From Lytechinus pictus (taxonomy: Eukaryota), in contig NC_087251.1 of the NCBI RefSeq assembly GCF_037042905.1, positions 15,874,001-15,938,000 of the forward strand: 64,000 nucleotides of DNA, read 5' to 3'. Shown in pieces: positions 21,136-37,973 of this stretch. Under the pieces are notes generated by a model that saw nothing but the letters and a program-made list of their open reading frames with translations, was not told where the DNA came from and searched no databases. How positions within the stretch are numbered: position 1 is the first letter of the stretch; every line of letters starts with the position of its first letter. The position numbers were made by a program, and so were the translations under genes.

Positions 21136-21965
21136 TCAAGTTCAAGTTCAAGTTCATGTTTATTTAAACCAATCAAAACAAGAGACATATTACATAGTTT
21201 AACAAAAATGAGAATACATGATAGGTTTGGGACCCCATGGAAGCAGAGCTTGTGAGAGGGGCCCCTTATAAAGTACATTACAACAATAATGAGATGAAAA
21301 ATATTTACAATGATAATCTAGAGAGTAAATAAGAAAATACATACAAACACACACGCACACACACACACACATATGGTTTATCAAGAATCAATTTAAGATA
21401 TTTTGTAATCTTTCAAATAAATATTTTCGACATGAATTTTTAAATATTGGCAGTGTTGGACTGGATCTAAAGCTTTGTGGTAACTTATTCCATTCTTTTG
21501 TACAAGCTATCATAAAAGAATTCAAAGCAGTATTTGTTCTTCTAAGTAGTTGGTGGATAAGATTTTTCTGCCGTGTATTGTACAAATGGACATTTGAGTT
21601 AACAACGAATGCATCTTTAAAAATGAACAGTTTTGAGAGGATTGTGATTTGTACATAAATATCAAACAATTGAAGGAGACTAAATCATCAAGAGGCAAAA
21701 TCTTCAATTGCAGAAATAGAGGAATACTTGGACATCTGTAATTCGAATATGTTATGAGCCTCATAACTTTCTTCTGAAGAACTAGCAGTTTGTTTAGATG
21801 GTTCCTATATGTATTTTAATAAAAGCTTGTTACAGCAAAACCATTTAAATATATTTTTAATTTCATTATTAGTTGAGAATATGAGAGCTTGCATATCTTT
21901 GTGATGGGAAAGTAAGCAAGTGTCATCTGCGAATAGTGAATAAGTAAGCAATTTCGATGAATTTA
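21136..21965 (-). mobile_element. Decayed LINE 3' fragment with internal deletion
   Basis: Minus strand: SLFADDTCLL...KWFCCNKLLL, then LQKKVMRLIT...KEWNKLPQSFRSSPTLPIFKN; (TTCAAG)n tail at about 21136-21157. Confidence 0.8.
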
Positions 21966-22446
21966 TAATATAGAAACAGTCAAACAATGCGAGCATGCAG
22001 CGCAAGCTGAAAAACAGGATATTTTGCTTCGCATTTAAACAAATAAATTTGTAAATCAAACAAAGTAATAAAAGCTCGATAGTTAGATTGATTTGATAGA
22101 TTGACTTCAAAACTTGAAATTTTAAGCTCCACTAAACCATTTTAGCAAGATTATTATATATTCAATTCAATTCACTTCTTTATTTCCATTTAAAATATAA
22201 TACAGTTATATAAGTTATAGTTACTAAAACATAACTTATTTATACAAGTTATATAAATCAGATACAATTTTACAGATGAACATTATTACTTCATAAAATT
22301 GAGCATAAATGAAAATGAGGGGGGGGGGTCCACTAAAAGCAAAGCTTGTAAAGTGTGGATCCCCCTTGGAAATAAAAAAATATTGTATAAAAATATATAT
22401 ATATATATATATTTAAAAAAATATACATATATATATATATATATAT

Positions 22447-23265
22447 TAAGAGCTCACTTGCAAAAGAGGTTAGGTCAATTTTTCATCAAATTTGATTTTT
22501 ATGTCTCAATGTATAGATTTTTAGGAGCTCTGTAAGATGATTACAAAGAAAAGTTGACATTCCTATTAAAAAGTGAACTAAAATGGCAAAGAAAAATCAC
22601 TTATTTTTTCCCAAAAGGGGTTAGGTCCATTTCAGTTTAGTTGCAAAAGGGGTTAGGTCCACACAGAATCATTTGGAAAAGAATATCTTAAAAAATATGA
22701 AGACAGGTAGATTTCGTTTATACTCAATTTTATGTTCTCATGGTAGGGTATGATGAAATTTCAGTTTCGCATAAGAATATTGCAATATGGGAGGATAAAA
22801 AAAATGATTTTCTTAGAGTTGACCTAACCCCTTTTGCAACTAAACTCTTCTGAAGAACTCATTTGTCAAAAGGGGTTAGGTCCATTTTTTTCATAAATTT
22901 TAGTTTTTTCTGTCTCTAAACCTATACATTTTTAGTCACTCTGATGATACCAAAGAAAATTTGAAATTCAAATGAAAACGTGAATGGAAGTGGCAAAGAA
23001 AAATCACTTTTTTTAATCAAAAGAGATTGGATTCATTTCACTAGTTTGCTTGCAAAAGGGGTTAGGTCCACAATGATTTTTTTAATAAATATATAGAAAA
23101 ATTTGAAGACAGGTAGATTTCTTTTATACCCGATTTTATGTTCACATTAAAAGGTAGTACATAATGACAATTTAGTTTCTCATAAGAATATTGCAATAAG
23201 TGAGAATAAAAAACATGGTTTTTCTCGGAATGGTCCACCTAACCCCTTTTGCAACTAAACTCTTC
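22447..23265. mobile_element. Dimer of a ~400-bp MITE with GAG...CTC ends
   Basis: Two units (about 22447-22850 and 22852-23265), each bounded by aagag..ttgcaaaaggggttaggtc / gacctaaccccttttgcaa..ctcttc. Confidence 0.85.
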
Positions 23266-23437
23266 ATATATATTATATATATATATATGTGTAAAGTTAT
23301 ACATGTACAACAGCTTTGGCAACTCTTTTATTTAAATATTGTAAAGAAATGGATGAAGAGAACAATGGTAGGCGTAGCTTAAATCAAGGTTCCCCAGAGC
23401 TATCTACCCTTTGGAAAAATTGGTGATGCCGAAAAAA

Positions 23438-23509
23438 TGTCTCTGCCGGGAATCGAACCCGGGCCCCCAGCTTTGAACGCCGGTGCCTTAACCACTAGAC
23501 CACAGAGAC
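23438..23509 (-). tRNA. tRNA-like gene with UCA anticodon (repeat-borne; copy 1)
   Basis: Exact reverse complement of the 24097-24168 copy; T6 directly downstream on the minus strand. Confidence 0.6.
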
Positions 23510-23948
23510 GGGTTAGTGGCTAGGGCGACCCCGATCCGATTGACCGTCAGATAGACAGATTTTCGACACTATACCAATTATAATTTCCTTTGTCGGGTGA
23601 AGGTGGGTTTCGAACAATGACAAGCCGCCATGCTTCAGCTGGATCAAAGCTATTGCTTTGATACAGTACACGAGAAAGTATACAAATGTGTAAAGTTATA
23701 CATGTACAACAGCTTTGGCAACTCTTTTATTTAAATATTGTAAAGAAATGGATGAAGAGAACAATGGTAGGCGTAGCTTAAATCAAGGTTCCCCAGAGCT
23801 ATCTACCCTTTGGAAAAAATATATATATATATATATATTATATATAGTGTGAAAGAAATGGATGAAGAGAACAATGGTAGGCGTAGCTTAAATCAAGGTT
23901 CCCCAGAGCTATATACCCTTTTTGGAAAAATTGGTGATGCCGAAAAAA

Positions 23949-24021
23949 TGTATCTGCTGGGAATCGAACCCGGGCCCCCCGGCTTTGAACGCCGGTGCCT
24001 TAACCACTAGACCACAGAGAC
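23949..24021 (-). pseudogene. tRNA-like gene with UCA anticodon (copy 2, mutated)
   Basis: Same sequence with substitutions in the acceptor and T stems and one extra variable-loop base; anticodon loop unchanged. Confidence 0.55.
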
Positions 24022-24096
24022 GGGTTAGTGGCTAGGGCGACCCCGATCCAATTGACCGTCAGATAGACAGATTTTCGACAACATAGCCACTAACCC

Positions 24097-24168
24097 GTCT
24101 CTGTGGTCTAGTGGTTAAGGCACCGGCGTTCAAAGCTGGGGGCCCGGGTTCGATTCCCGGCAGAGACA
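24097..24168 (+). tRNA. tRNA-like gene with UCA anticodon (repeat-borne; copy 3)
   Basis: GTCTCTG-TG-GTCT-AGTGGTTA-AGGC-A-CCGGC-GTTCAAA-GCTGG-GGGC-CCGGG-TTCGATT-CCCGG-CAGAGAC-A. All four stems pair; A box and B box present; anticodon TCA at 24130-24132; TTTTTT at 24169-24174. Confidence 0.62.
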
Positions 24169-24589
24169 TTTTTTCGGCATCACCAATTTTTCCAAAAAGG
24201 GTAGATAGCTCTGGGGAACCTTGATTTAAGCTACGCCTACCATTGTTCTCTTCATCCATTTCTTTCACACAATATTTAAATATAAAAGAGTTGCCAAAGC
24301 TGTAGTACATGTATAACTTCACACATTTATATATTATATATATATGTGTATATATATATATTATATCTCATTAAACAGGGAATACGAGTGCGGAGCCACT
24401 CGCGAAAATTTTACACTTTACATAATGACGTGACATATTTTTTTTTCAAGTCTTTTCTCTTCTCTTCTCTTCTCTTCTCCTTTCCCTTTCCTTCTTCTTT
24501 GTTTTTTCTTTCCCCTTTCACCCTTTTCGCCTCCAATAGGGGGGGGGGGGGGGGCGGCGCTCAGGCCCCCAATATCCGCCTATGCTCAG

Positions 24590-25800
24590 GTCACATAAAA
24601 TAAAATCATGTGACCTAGATCCTCTTCCAGCGCTAATTCTTAGCCAGTGTCTCGAGCTCCTGGTACCGGCCATCACGGACATTACCAACGATTCACTAGA
24701 ATGCGGAGTCTTCCCTTCGGCGCTCAAATCTGCTTTGGTCATTCCCACCCTAAAGAGACCGTCACTGGATGCAGAAAGTTTAAGGAACTACAGACCAATT
24801 TCAAATTTACCTTTTTTGGGTAAGGTAATAGAACGAGTTGTCTCAAATCAATTTACTGAATACCTTACTGCAAACTCCCTTCTCGCATCCCGACAGTCTG
24901 CATATCGAAAAGATCATAGTGTGGAAACGGCGCTACTTCGTGTTCAAGATGATATTCTACAAGCTTTGGATACCGGAGATGATGCTATTCTCATACTTTT
25001 GGACCTAACATCAGCCTTCGACACAGTTGATCACGATGTTCTTCTTTCCAGGCTGAAAACACGATTTGGTGTCTCTGGGACTGTAGCAAAGTGGTTTGAC
25101 TCTTACATCACTGGACGATATCAACAGGTGATCATTGATGGCTCACGATCTGAACCAACTCTACTTAAATGGGGGGTGCCGCAAGGTTCGGTTATCGGGC
25201 CTGTACTCTTTACATGCTACACGACACCGTTGGAAGATCTTATTCATTCCTATGGATTCTCGTCTATGATATATGCTGATGACACACAATTATATATATC
25301 TCATTCAAGTCTGGACAAGCTCTCCGAATGTTGCAGAAACTGGAAGATTGTCTTGGTGCCATTCGTTCCTGGATGACTGTGAACTATCTACTCCTTAATG
25401 ACAACAAGATGGAAGTTCTGCATATCTCTTCCCATCGTAGACATACCCCTGAGCTACCTCCAATTCAAATTGCAAATGTTCATATACATCCCTCTAAAAC
25501 GGTTACTAACTTAGGTGTTTTGTTTGATAAAAACTTTTCAATGCGTCCCCATGTCAACAGCATCTGTCGTAAAGCATCCTTCGCCCTAAGAAAAATTGGT
25601 AAAATTCGAAAATATCTCTCAAAGTCATCCACTGAAGTCCTCATTCATGCATTTATTAGCTCACTTCTTGACAGTTGCAATAGCCTGCTCCTTGGAATTC
25701 CAGAAAAGGATATTTCTAAGCTGCAGAGAATTCAAAACTCTGCAGCCCGTCTAGTTTCCCTCACAAAAAAAACATGACCATGTAACCCCTACTCTTTGGA
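24590..25800 (+). mobile_element. L2-clade LINE reverse transcriptase fragment (frameshifted, truncated at both ends)
   Basis: NYRPISNLPFLGKVIERVV, QSAYRKDHSVETALL, LLDLTSAFDTVDH, GVPQGSVIGP, YADDTQLY; frameshift near 25300-25330; LQRIQNSAARLV. Confidence 0.95.
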
Positions 25801-27631
25801 AGGGGGGGGGGGGGGAGGGAATGAAACACAGAGAAAACTGATGACTAGAAAAAGAAAAGGAAATGGTGAATAACGCAGAAGGCACCCTCTCCCATCCCAA
25901 CCCCATAAAGAGAGAGAGTGGGGTGGGAGTGAGGAGGGGAAGGGATGGAGAGAGAGAGAATGAATGGAAGGGGAGGAAACGTAGACGGCGGATATCGTAC
26001 TATATTACGTTGAATCGCAACTTGTCTGATTTTTTCCCTCGCTCGCAGGCCATCAACTCCTGACTCGGCGATTGGCTCGATGCTCTGTTAGCTTTTGGAC
26101 CTCTGCCTAACTTCATGCTTCACCAAACTCCAATTCATAAGATCCATTCATTAACTGTGAGATTACTTTATTCAATTAGTACTGCGACAGGATGATTTGT
26201 ATACATGTAGGTTTGTGGCGTAACGATATGCCGCAATGCGCAACAGTGACGTGTCAACCCTATTGATTAGCGGTAAAATGTACTTGGAGTAAAGTAAGTA
26301 TAAGGTCCCGAACAGGTGGTATCCCATCGGGGGGGGGGGGGGGGTGTAGGGACAGACACCTCATTTTCTTTTTGCTGGTCCTTTTTTTTTTCTGGAGACC
26401 ATATGCCCTTCATTTTTGGTTCATGACCCTTTCAGTTTGCCAATTTGTTTTGTTTTATTTTTCTGGTGGCTAAACGTCCTTAATGTTGGCGTGATTACTT
26501 TTTTCTGTTAATTACTTTTGTGATTAAACGCAACACCTTAAAAAAATAATGGATCTGCCACGCCCCCTCCCTTTTCTCTTCCTTTTAAATAGTGTGTTTA
26601 ATTGATGAATGATATATCAGTCCGATGGTCATTAGACATGTGGATGGGAATAATTCACCCCTTTCTAAATTATTAGAATCCATTCATGATTATAAATATA
26701 TATAATTATATGTATAAAACTGATACAAAGGCTCCAATCTCTCAAGTCGGGTAACCTCTTGCAAAGCGCATACCATATCCCACTGTATTGTATTATAATA
26801 GTTTTTGCTTTGCATTTATTGCACCCCCCCCCCAGAATGAAATCGGTTGCAATTTTCTTATGTTAATATCAAATCCATTATTCAGGGGCCATAGTATGAT
26901 TTGGCGTATGTGGGGGAAAATTTTGCCTGTTTTTAAATGAAATTCTAATTTTGTGAAAGATTTTTACATAGTAGTCAACAAATACTACAACCTTTCACCA
27001 TTTTCCTTTTTTCTTAATTGGGGGAAGAGCCAATATGCCCTCATCCGTATGCCAGTGAGTCAGGTGAGTAGCGGATGAAATTAGTTTTAAATAGCTAATT
27101 AAGATTTTGTCTTTGAAGCTGGTTCTCATGACATTGGTTGGGAAGAGTGTAATGTCAAACATACTGGTATAAAATTTTAGAGTGGTTGCCGTCGTTTGTG
27201 CTTCACACCCTGCTTCACAGAAACAAATCGTGATTAAATTGTATTCCTTGCTATTTTCTACATCTTAAATCATGAAAATGTTTGATTACTTCTTCAGCGC
27301 GCCAATCGTTTTGGTGCAATGCGCATTGCGGCTGATGAATAATTGATGAATATCCTTTCTGTTGAAACAGAGAGTGGATGTTGAATGGAGTGAAGAGGGT
27401 TGAACACAATATCGATTGTTCAGCTATTCAGGGTGGGTCAACATGGTCAATACGGTGAGTGTTCAGGACCTTCGCTATCGGGTTATACCGGGTAACCCTC
27501 TGCATGACTACCGTTAGTTTCAGAGACGCTGTTGGTGAGACGACTCGCATTTCCACACCTTTGCAGGGCCGCCACACAGACGGATAGTAAATTCTCCTTC
27601 CCGTCTATCTCATATTGTACTTCACACAAAA

Positions 27632-33035
<5,404 letters not shown>

Positions 33036-34871
33036 GATATTATCGCTATAAGGATTTTCTGTGAAGACTATGAAGAACAAATTTTCATCACCTTGAAATC
33101 ATGTTATTTGAGCTGCTCTAAATAGTAACGTTATGGGAGTTCCATGTGGTGCTCCTTTTTTACATCTTGACTTAAGCGATTCCTGCCCTGATTTCGACAC
33201 GCAGAGTATTATTATTCATTTTGGATCTGTTTGACAGATGCCCGTGGAAATTTGAAGCGACAGGCGACACCACTGCATTCCGTGTGAAAGAAAGAAAGGA
33301 TAAAATGCAAAACGAACATTAATAGAGGCATATTCCATCGGAAAATAATGAACATCTTTCATGATTATTCCACGGCCTCTCTGAAAACCCGCCATTGGCT
33401 GATCGAGGGCTTTTTACCGTGTTTAAATAAAATGAATCAAATCAAAATACATTTAACCCCTCCTCCGCCACAAGGGTGCGATATATTATATAGCCGTCAG
33501 CAAAGGGTCCCTTTTATAACCTGCTGTATCCAACTGAATCTGTAGTGTCTTTGCGACTATAGTCCATAATATTTTGAAATATAGATCTCCAAGGTGCGTT
33601 CTACGGGCCGTTAGATCATAATTCTTAAGCTTGTCCATGATCCTTATAACCTTGTTATAAAAGAAACATGATCTTTTATCCTTGTTCGGACAATCGGGCC
33701 ACAGGAGATCGCAACAGCACAGGCCATCATTTGTCTTCAAAACATTGCATTATGAACAACGTGCATGCCCACAAAATTAATGATATAAAATGTGAGCAAT
33801 AATGTTTTGGTACGAGTGTATGCGGGTTCTACAGCGCTATGATGATTACGATCTGCCATAAAGACACTTTTATTTTTGTTCATGTATTTTTTTGAAAAGT
33901 CATGATTGATTGGTTCAGCAGCATACATTAAAGTAAAATAAAATTGAAGTTCGTCTACCCAGCAATGTCCGATAGAGTATATAGGACTCCGTATATAGTC
34001 GAAGAACGAATAACTTGAAAGATTAATGATTATGATCTATGCCATCAGTCATAAAATAGTAATGATTTTTTGTTTTTCGTAGGGGGCTTTATGCGGAAGT
34101 TTCAAAGCGTGTGTGAGTGCTGAGTTAGTAATAAAACGAATAGAAACAACAGCAACAAAAATCATACGAATAATGAAAAGAGGAGAGTTCTAAACAGTTT
34201 TGCGAGAATTGTAAGCTTTGTGTAAAGGGGTTCGTATTGATATTATGTCGATAATCATTTTCCAAATACAATATAAGACAATCGTGGAACAATCTTTGTA
34301 TTTGTAGATGCAGAACGATGATCATAATTTAAAAGTATCTTGTTGGCCAAATTAACTATGCAGAAGATAGAAGCTATATACAGTTTTTCACTGAGAAGTT
34401 AGTGAATTTTATTAGTTTTATGTGCTCGATATAGTTTTTTTCGTAGAAACCTACGTAAATTAGAATCTTATCAGTTCTTCCCACCTTAGTTCTTGGCGAT
34501 TCGTGTCGTATATGCTATCCCAAATATACTTTACTACATTAAGCTTTCTTTTCATGTATTATGTATTTAAATAATAAAATATGTACAAACATCGAATTTG
34601 TGTCCAATTTCATTTTACTTAGTCTTCTTTCCTATGACTTGTATAAATTTATATTATATATAAATTTATACTCTTTCCATCGAATTTTATTTGTATTTTA
34701 ATCTATATTCAAACTATTTGTTTATTGAATATAATTATATAAATCCTTTTTAATTTATTCCATGATGTTATTTTGTTATTTAAGAATATTCTGCTTCGAA
34801 CGTAATGTTTATAAACACATTAATGAGCGGTAAAAATGAATCACCTGCAATTTTAAAACATACTAAACAAT

Positions 34872-34995
34872 CAGGGGCGTCGATCCATTTTTCAGATTGG
34901 GGGGGGGGCAAAATCAGGAATCAATACGTTCCAAAGGCGCTCCATCACACAAAACAAACTCATCCACCCACACATATTAGTATATATATATTATG

Positions 34996-35031
<36 letters not shown>

Positions 35032-35727
35032 TCATGAGTAAACAAGTAATGCGAGCGCGAAGCGCGAGCTGAAATTTTTTAGTATACTGACCTGAAAACG
35101 GGAAGAAGGTACCTGTTTAGGACTGTTTGTAGTAACTCGTGAGTCATGAGGAGACACAGATAATGCGAGTGCCGAGAGCGAGCTGAAATTTTTTTCATTC
35201 TGACCTGAAAGCTTGATATTCTAAGCATTTTTAGGAACCAATTATAAGAACAATAGATGCGAGCGCGAAGCACGCGAGCTGAAAATTTTTTATATTTCGA
35301 TCTGAAAAAAATTGACAGTTTAATGGACGTTTCTAATAAAAAAACAAATGTATCCAACAAAAGATTATTGCAAATCAAAGCGCGAATTCTTTTAAGGTTA
35401 TCAGAACTGAAAACGGGGCATTCTATTCACCTATTTAATCGTGAAACGTATGGGTATTTGCTTAAGAAATGATGCGAGCGCGAAGCGCGAGCTGAAAATT
35501 TTTATATTCCATTCTTAAAAGCGGACATTTTGAGCACGATTTTAAATAAAGAACGAGTTGTGTATCTCAATCTCGCTTGCCGATTGGCTGTGTAACTTTA
35601 CAATCTTATTTTATTTTTGCACATCCGAAATTATTGGGGGGGGGGGGCAAAATGATATGTTTGCCCCCCATATTTTCATTGGTGGGGCGATCGCCCCCTG
35701 CCCCCCCCCCCAGAATCGACGCCTCTG
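34872..35727. mobile_element. hAT-type MITE with 8-bp TSD
   Basis: CAGGGGCGTCGAT...ATCGACGCCTCTG flanked by TAAACAAT at 34864-34871 and 35728-35735; internal gcgagcgcgaagcgcgagctgaaa repeats. Confidence 0.9.
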
Positions 35728-37721
35728 TAAACAATTGCGTTCAGTAATGCTTTTTCAAACGCTATAAAAACTTTTAAAAAGCGACGAGGTCGCCAAATTT
35801 CAAATTGTTAGATTATACTTTGAACATTTTAGATTGAACACAATATGGTTAGACGTAAGACAGTGTTAATCTAACGCTTCGGAGGGGTGGTATATACTCG
35901 TAATCCTCTAGAATGGTGATTTTATTTTTACATTTGATATTATAGAATGTAGCACTGGCGTTAATCCGGTCCGAGCAGTGGGGGGTGGGGGCGATAGCAA
36001 TATATTGACCTGAAAATTCAAAATTTTGAGGACACCCCCACACTAAGGGCTATGTGTACTGAGGTATATTACCGTCAACATAATAATACAATCTTTCAGT
36101 AAAAGGCCTATAACGATTTTTTTCCATGGCTGTACTGCAATGGATTTGTTGAGATATAAAGTAATGAATTGCAGTTGATATCAATATGCGAGAGAGCAAA
36201 ACGAATGAGCAAATTAATTTTTGAGTCATTGGAAAACGGGGTGGTGTCCAAATCTCTTTCAAATGGCGTGTAATTAGCACATCATGGGCAATGTATACGT
36301 AGGTATATATATATTATTATAAATATCTTTCTGTTAAAGGCTTATCAAGATTTTGTTCGATGGCTATAAAGGATTTGTTGGTATCATTAATTAATGAATT
36401 ACAGTAAATATCAAAATGCGAGCGAGCGAAATGAGCGAACAAATTAGTGGAAGACAGAATGATTACCAAAATCGTATTTCAAGGCGTGTGAAATTATCGG
36501 AGAAATACAGCGAGTCAGCGTAATGAGTGAGTCTTGAAAAAATTGCTTCAGTTTTTGTTTAAGTGAAATGCATCAATATTAATAAGGGTAAATTATAAAT
36601 AACTTAATCTTTAGAAGAAAAAGAGATATGAATATGAAAAGCAAATAAGGATTAAACATTCTAGAATTTGTTCAATGAAAACGCATTTGTTCAATGGTTT
36701 AAAGGTGCACATGAGATGAGAATTAAAAAAAATGGGATCATGATTTTCGGGACTAAGCAGTGGCGCAATGAGCCAAAATTTTGAGTGGGCTATATTTAGC
36801 GTATCGGGCAAAATTTATTAAACAAGTTGCGAGTGAGCGGAGCAAGTTGGCCCCCCCCCCAAAAAAAAAAAAAAAAATCTAAATTTTCATAACAAAAATC
36901 CAATTTTGTGATAGATTTCAGCATAATACTCAGAAAATAATATCATATTTCACCCTTTCAAACTATTTCTATGTTTCCTGGGGCCCGTTGGAGACAGAGT
37001 TGCGTTTAAACGCAAGCCAAAAAATAAATCGCAAGTCCCAAATGCGCGTTGCTGATTGGTTGAAAATCAAGTTGCGCATGATTTCTAGAGTTGCGATTGA
37101 TTGCAACTCTTTCTGCAACTGGCCACTTTCTCTTTTTTTTTTTTTGTCGTGAAAACTTTTTTTGGGGGGGTAAGCACCCATGAAATAATTATAGGCCATC
37201 ACAGGCGACAATATAAACTTTTAAAAAAAAACGTGGAAATAGCACAATAATGCAAATTAAAAGGAAACTATTGCAGAAATACATGATAATATATGGAAGG
37301 TTTTCTACCTAAGCAATTAAATTTATATAATTGTTTTTACCCACAAGCAGAATACTTGATGTTGTGGTGAAGATATGATATCAAACACAATCCAATATAT
37401 TTGGATTTGATATTCTTCTGATTAGATAAAATCAATTTGCCTCATTCGTTTGATTTTTCGCAACCCTTTCAACAAGACCCCGATCGTGTGTATGCCTATA
37501 GTTTAAAGTCCACGTTCTCAAATGCATTGCAGTATTATCCCTTTTTCTTACTTAGCTCCCCCCTACAAAAAAAATGAATTCATCACATTGCACTGAGTTC
37601 AATAGAACTGCATTTCTTCATTAAGGCGATTGAGGCAGCGTATATATAACAATAAGCTGCAATGTGTCATCTAGCGAGGCAATATTGATTAGGTGCGCAT
37701 AGAAAATCGTTGAAGTGAGTA

Positions 37722-37973
37722 CACTGTAAAAAATATTGGGTGAAATTTTAACCAGCACGAGGGTAATTATGAGTCCAACCAATTTTGGGCAGTATATTAC
37801 CCAATGCGGGAAGCATATTGTCCAGTAAGGTAACAAAATAAGCAGCAGTTACTTTTGAATGGGCAAAACTTTCATCACACTTGATAAATAAAAATGCCCA
37901 AAAGAAATGCCCAATGTTGGTTGGACACATAATTACCATCATAGAGCATTTTTACCCAATATTTTTTAGAGTG
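37722..37973. mobile_element. MITE with CAC...GTG ends and TA flanks
   Basis: ta-cactgtaaaaaatattgggtgaaa / tttacccaatattttttagagtg-ta. Confidence 0.85.

Larger units (their letters stand above)
23287..24326. mobile_element. Composite repeat of a ~399-bp tRNA-bearing unit in tandem and inverted copies within (TA)n
   Basis: Full unit 23287-23685, partial unit 23686-23820, restart about 23851-24080, inverted copy about 24084-24326; (TA)n on both flanks and internally. Confidence 0.85.

Noticed and set aside
23600..23640. Hammerhead-ribozyme-like motif on the minus strand of the tRNA repeat (CTGAAGC...CGAAAC)
   Set aside because: Core needs CUGANGA; here position 9 is C and stems II and III do not close convincingly by eye. 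Needs an Infernal scan.
24097..24168. Selenocysteine tRNA
   Set aside because: Anticodon is UCA but it has a 4-nt variable loop and a standard 7/5 fold, unlike tRNA-Sec.
24582..25777. Functional reverse transcriptase gene
   Set aside because: Lacks the endonuclease and ORF start, is frameshifted and is truncated at a poly-G tract; ordinary dead L2 fragment.
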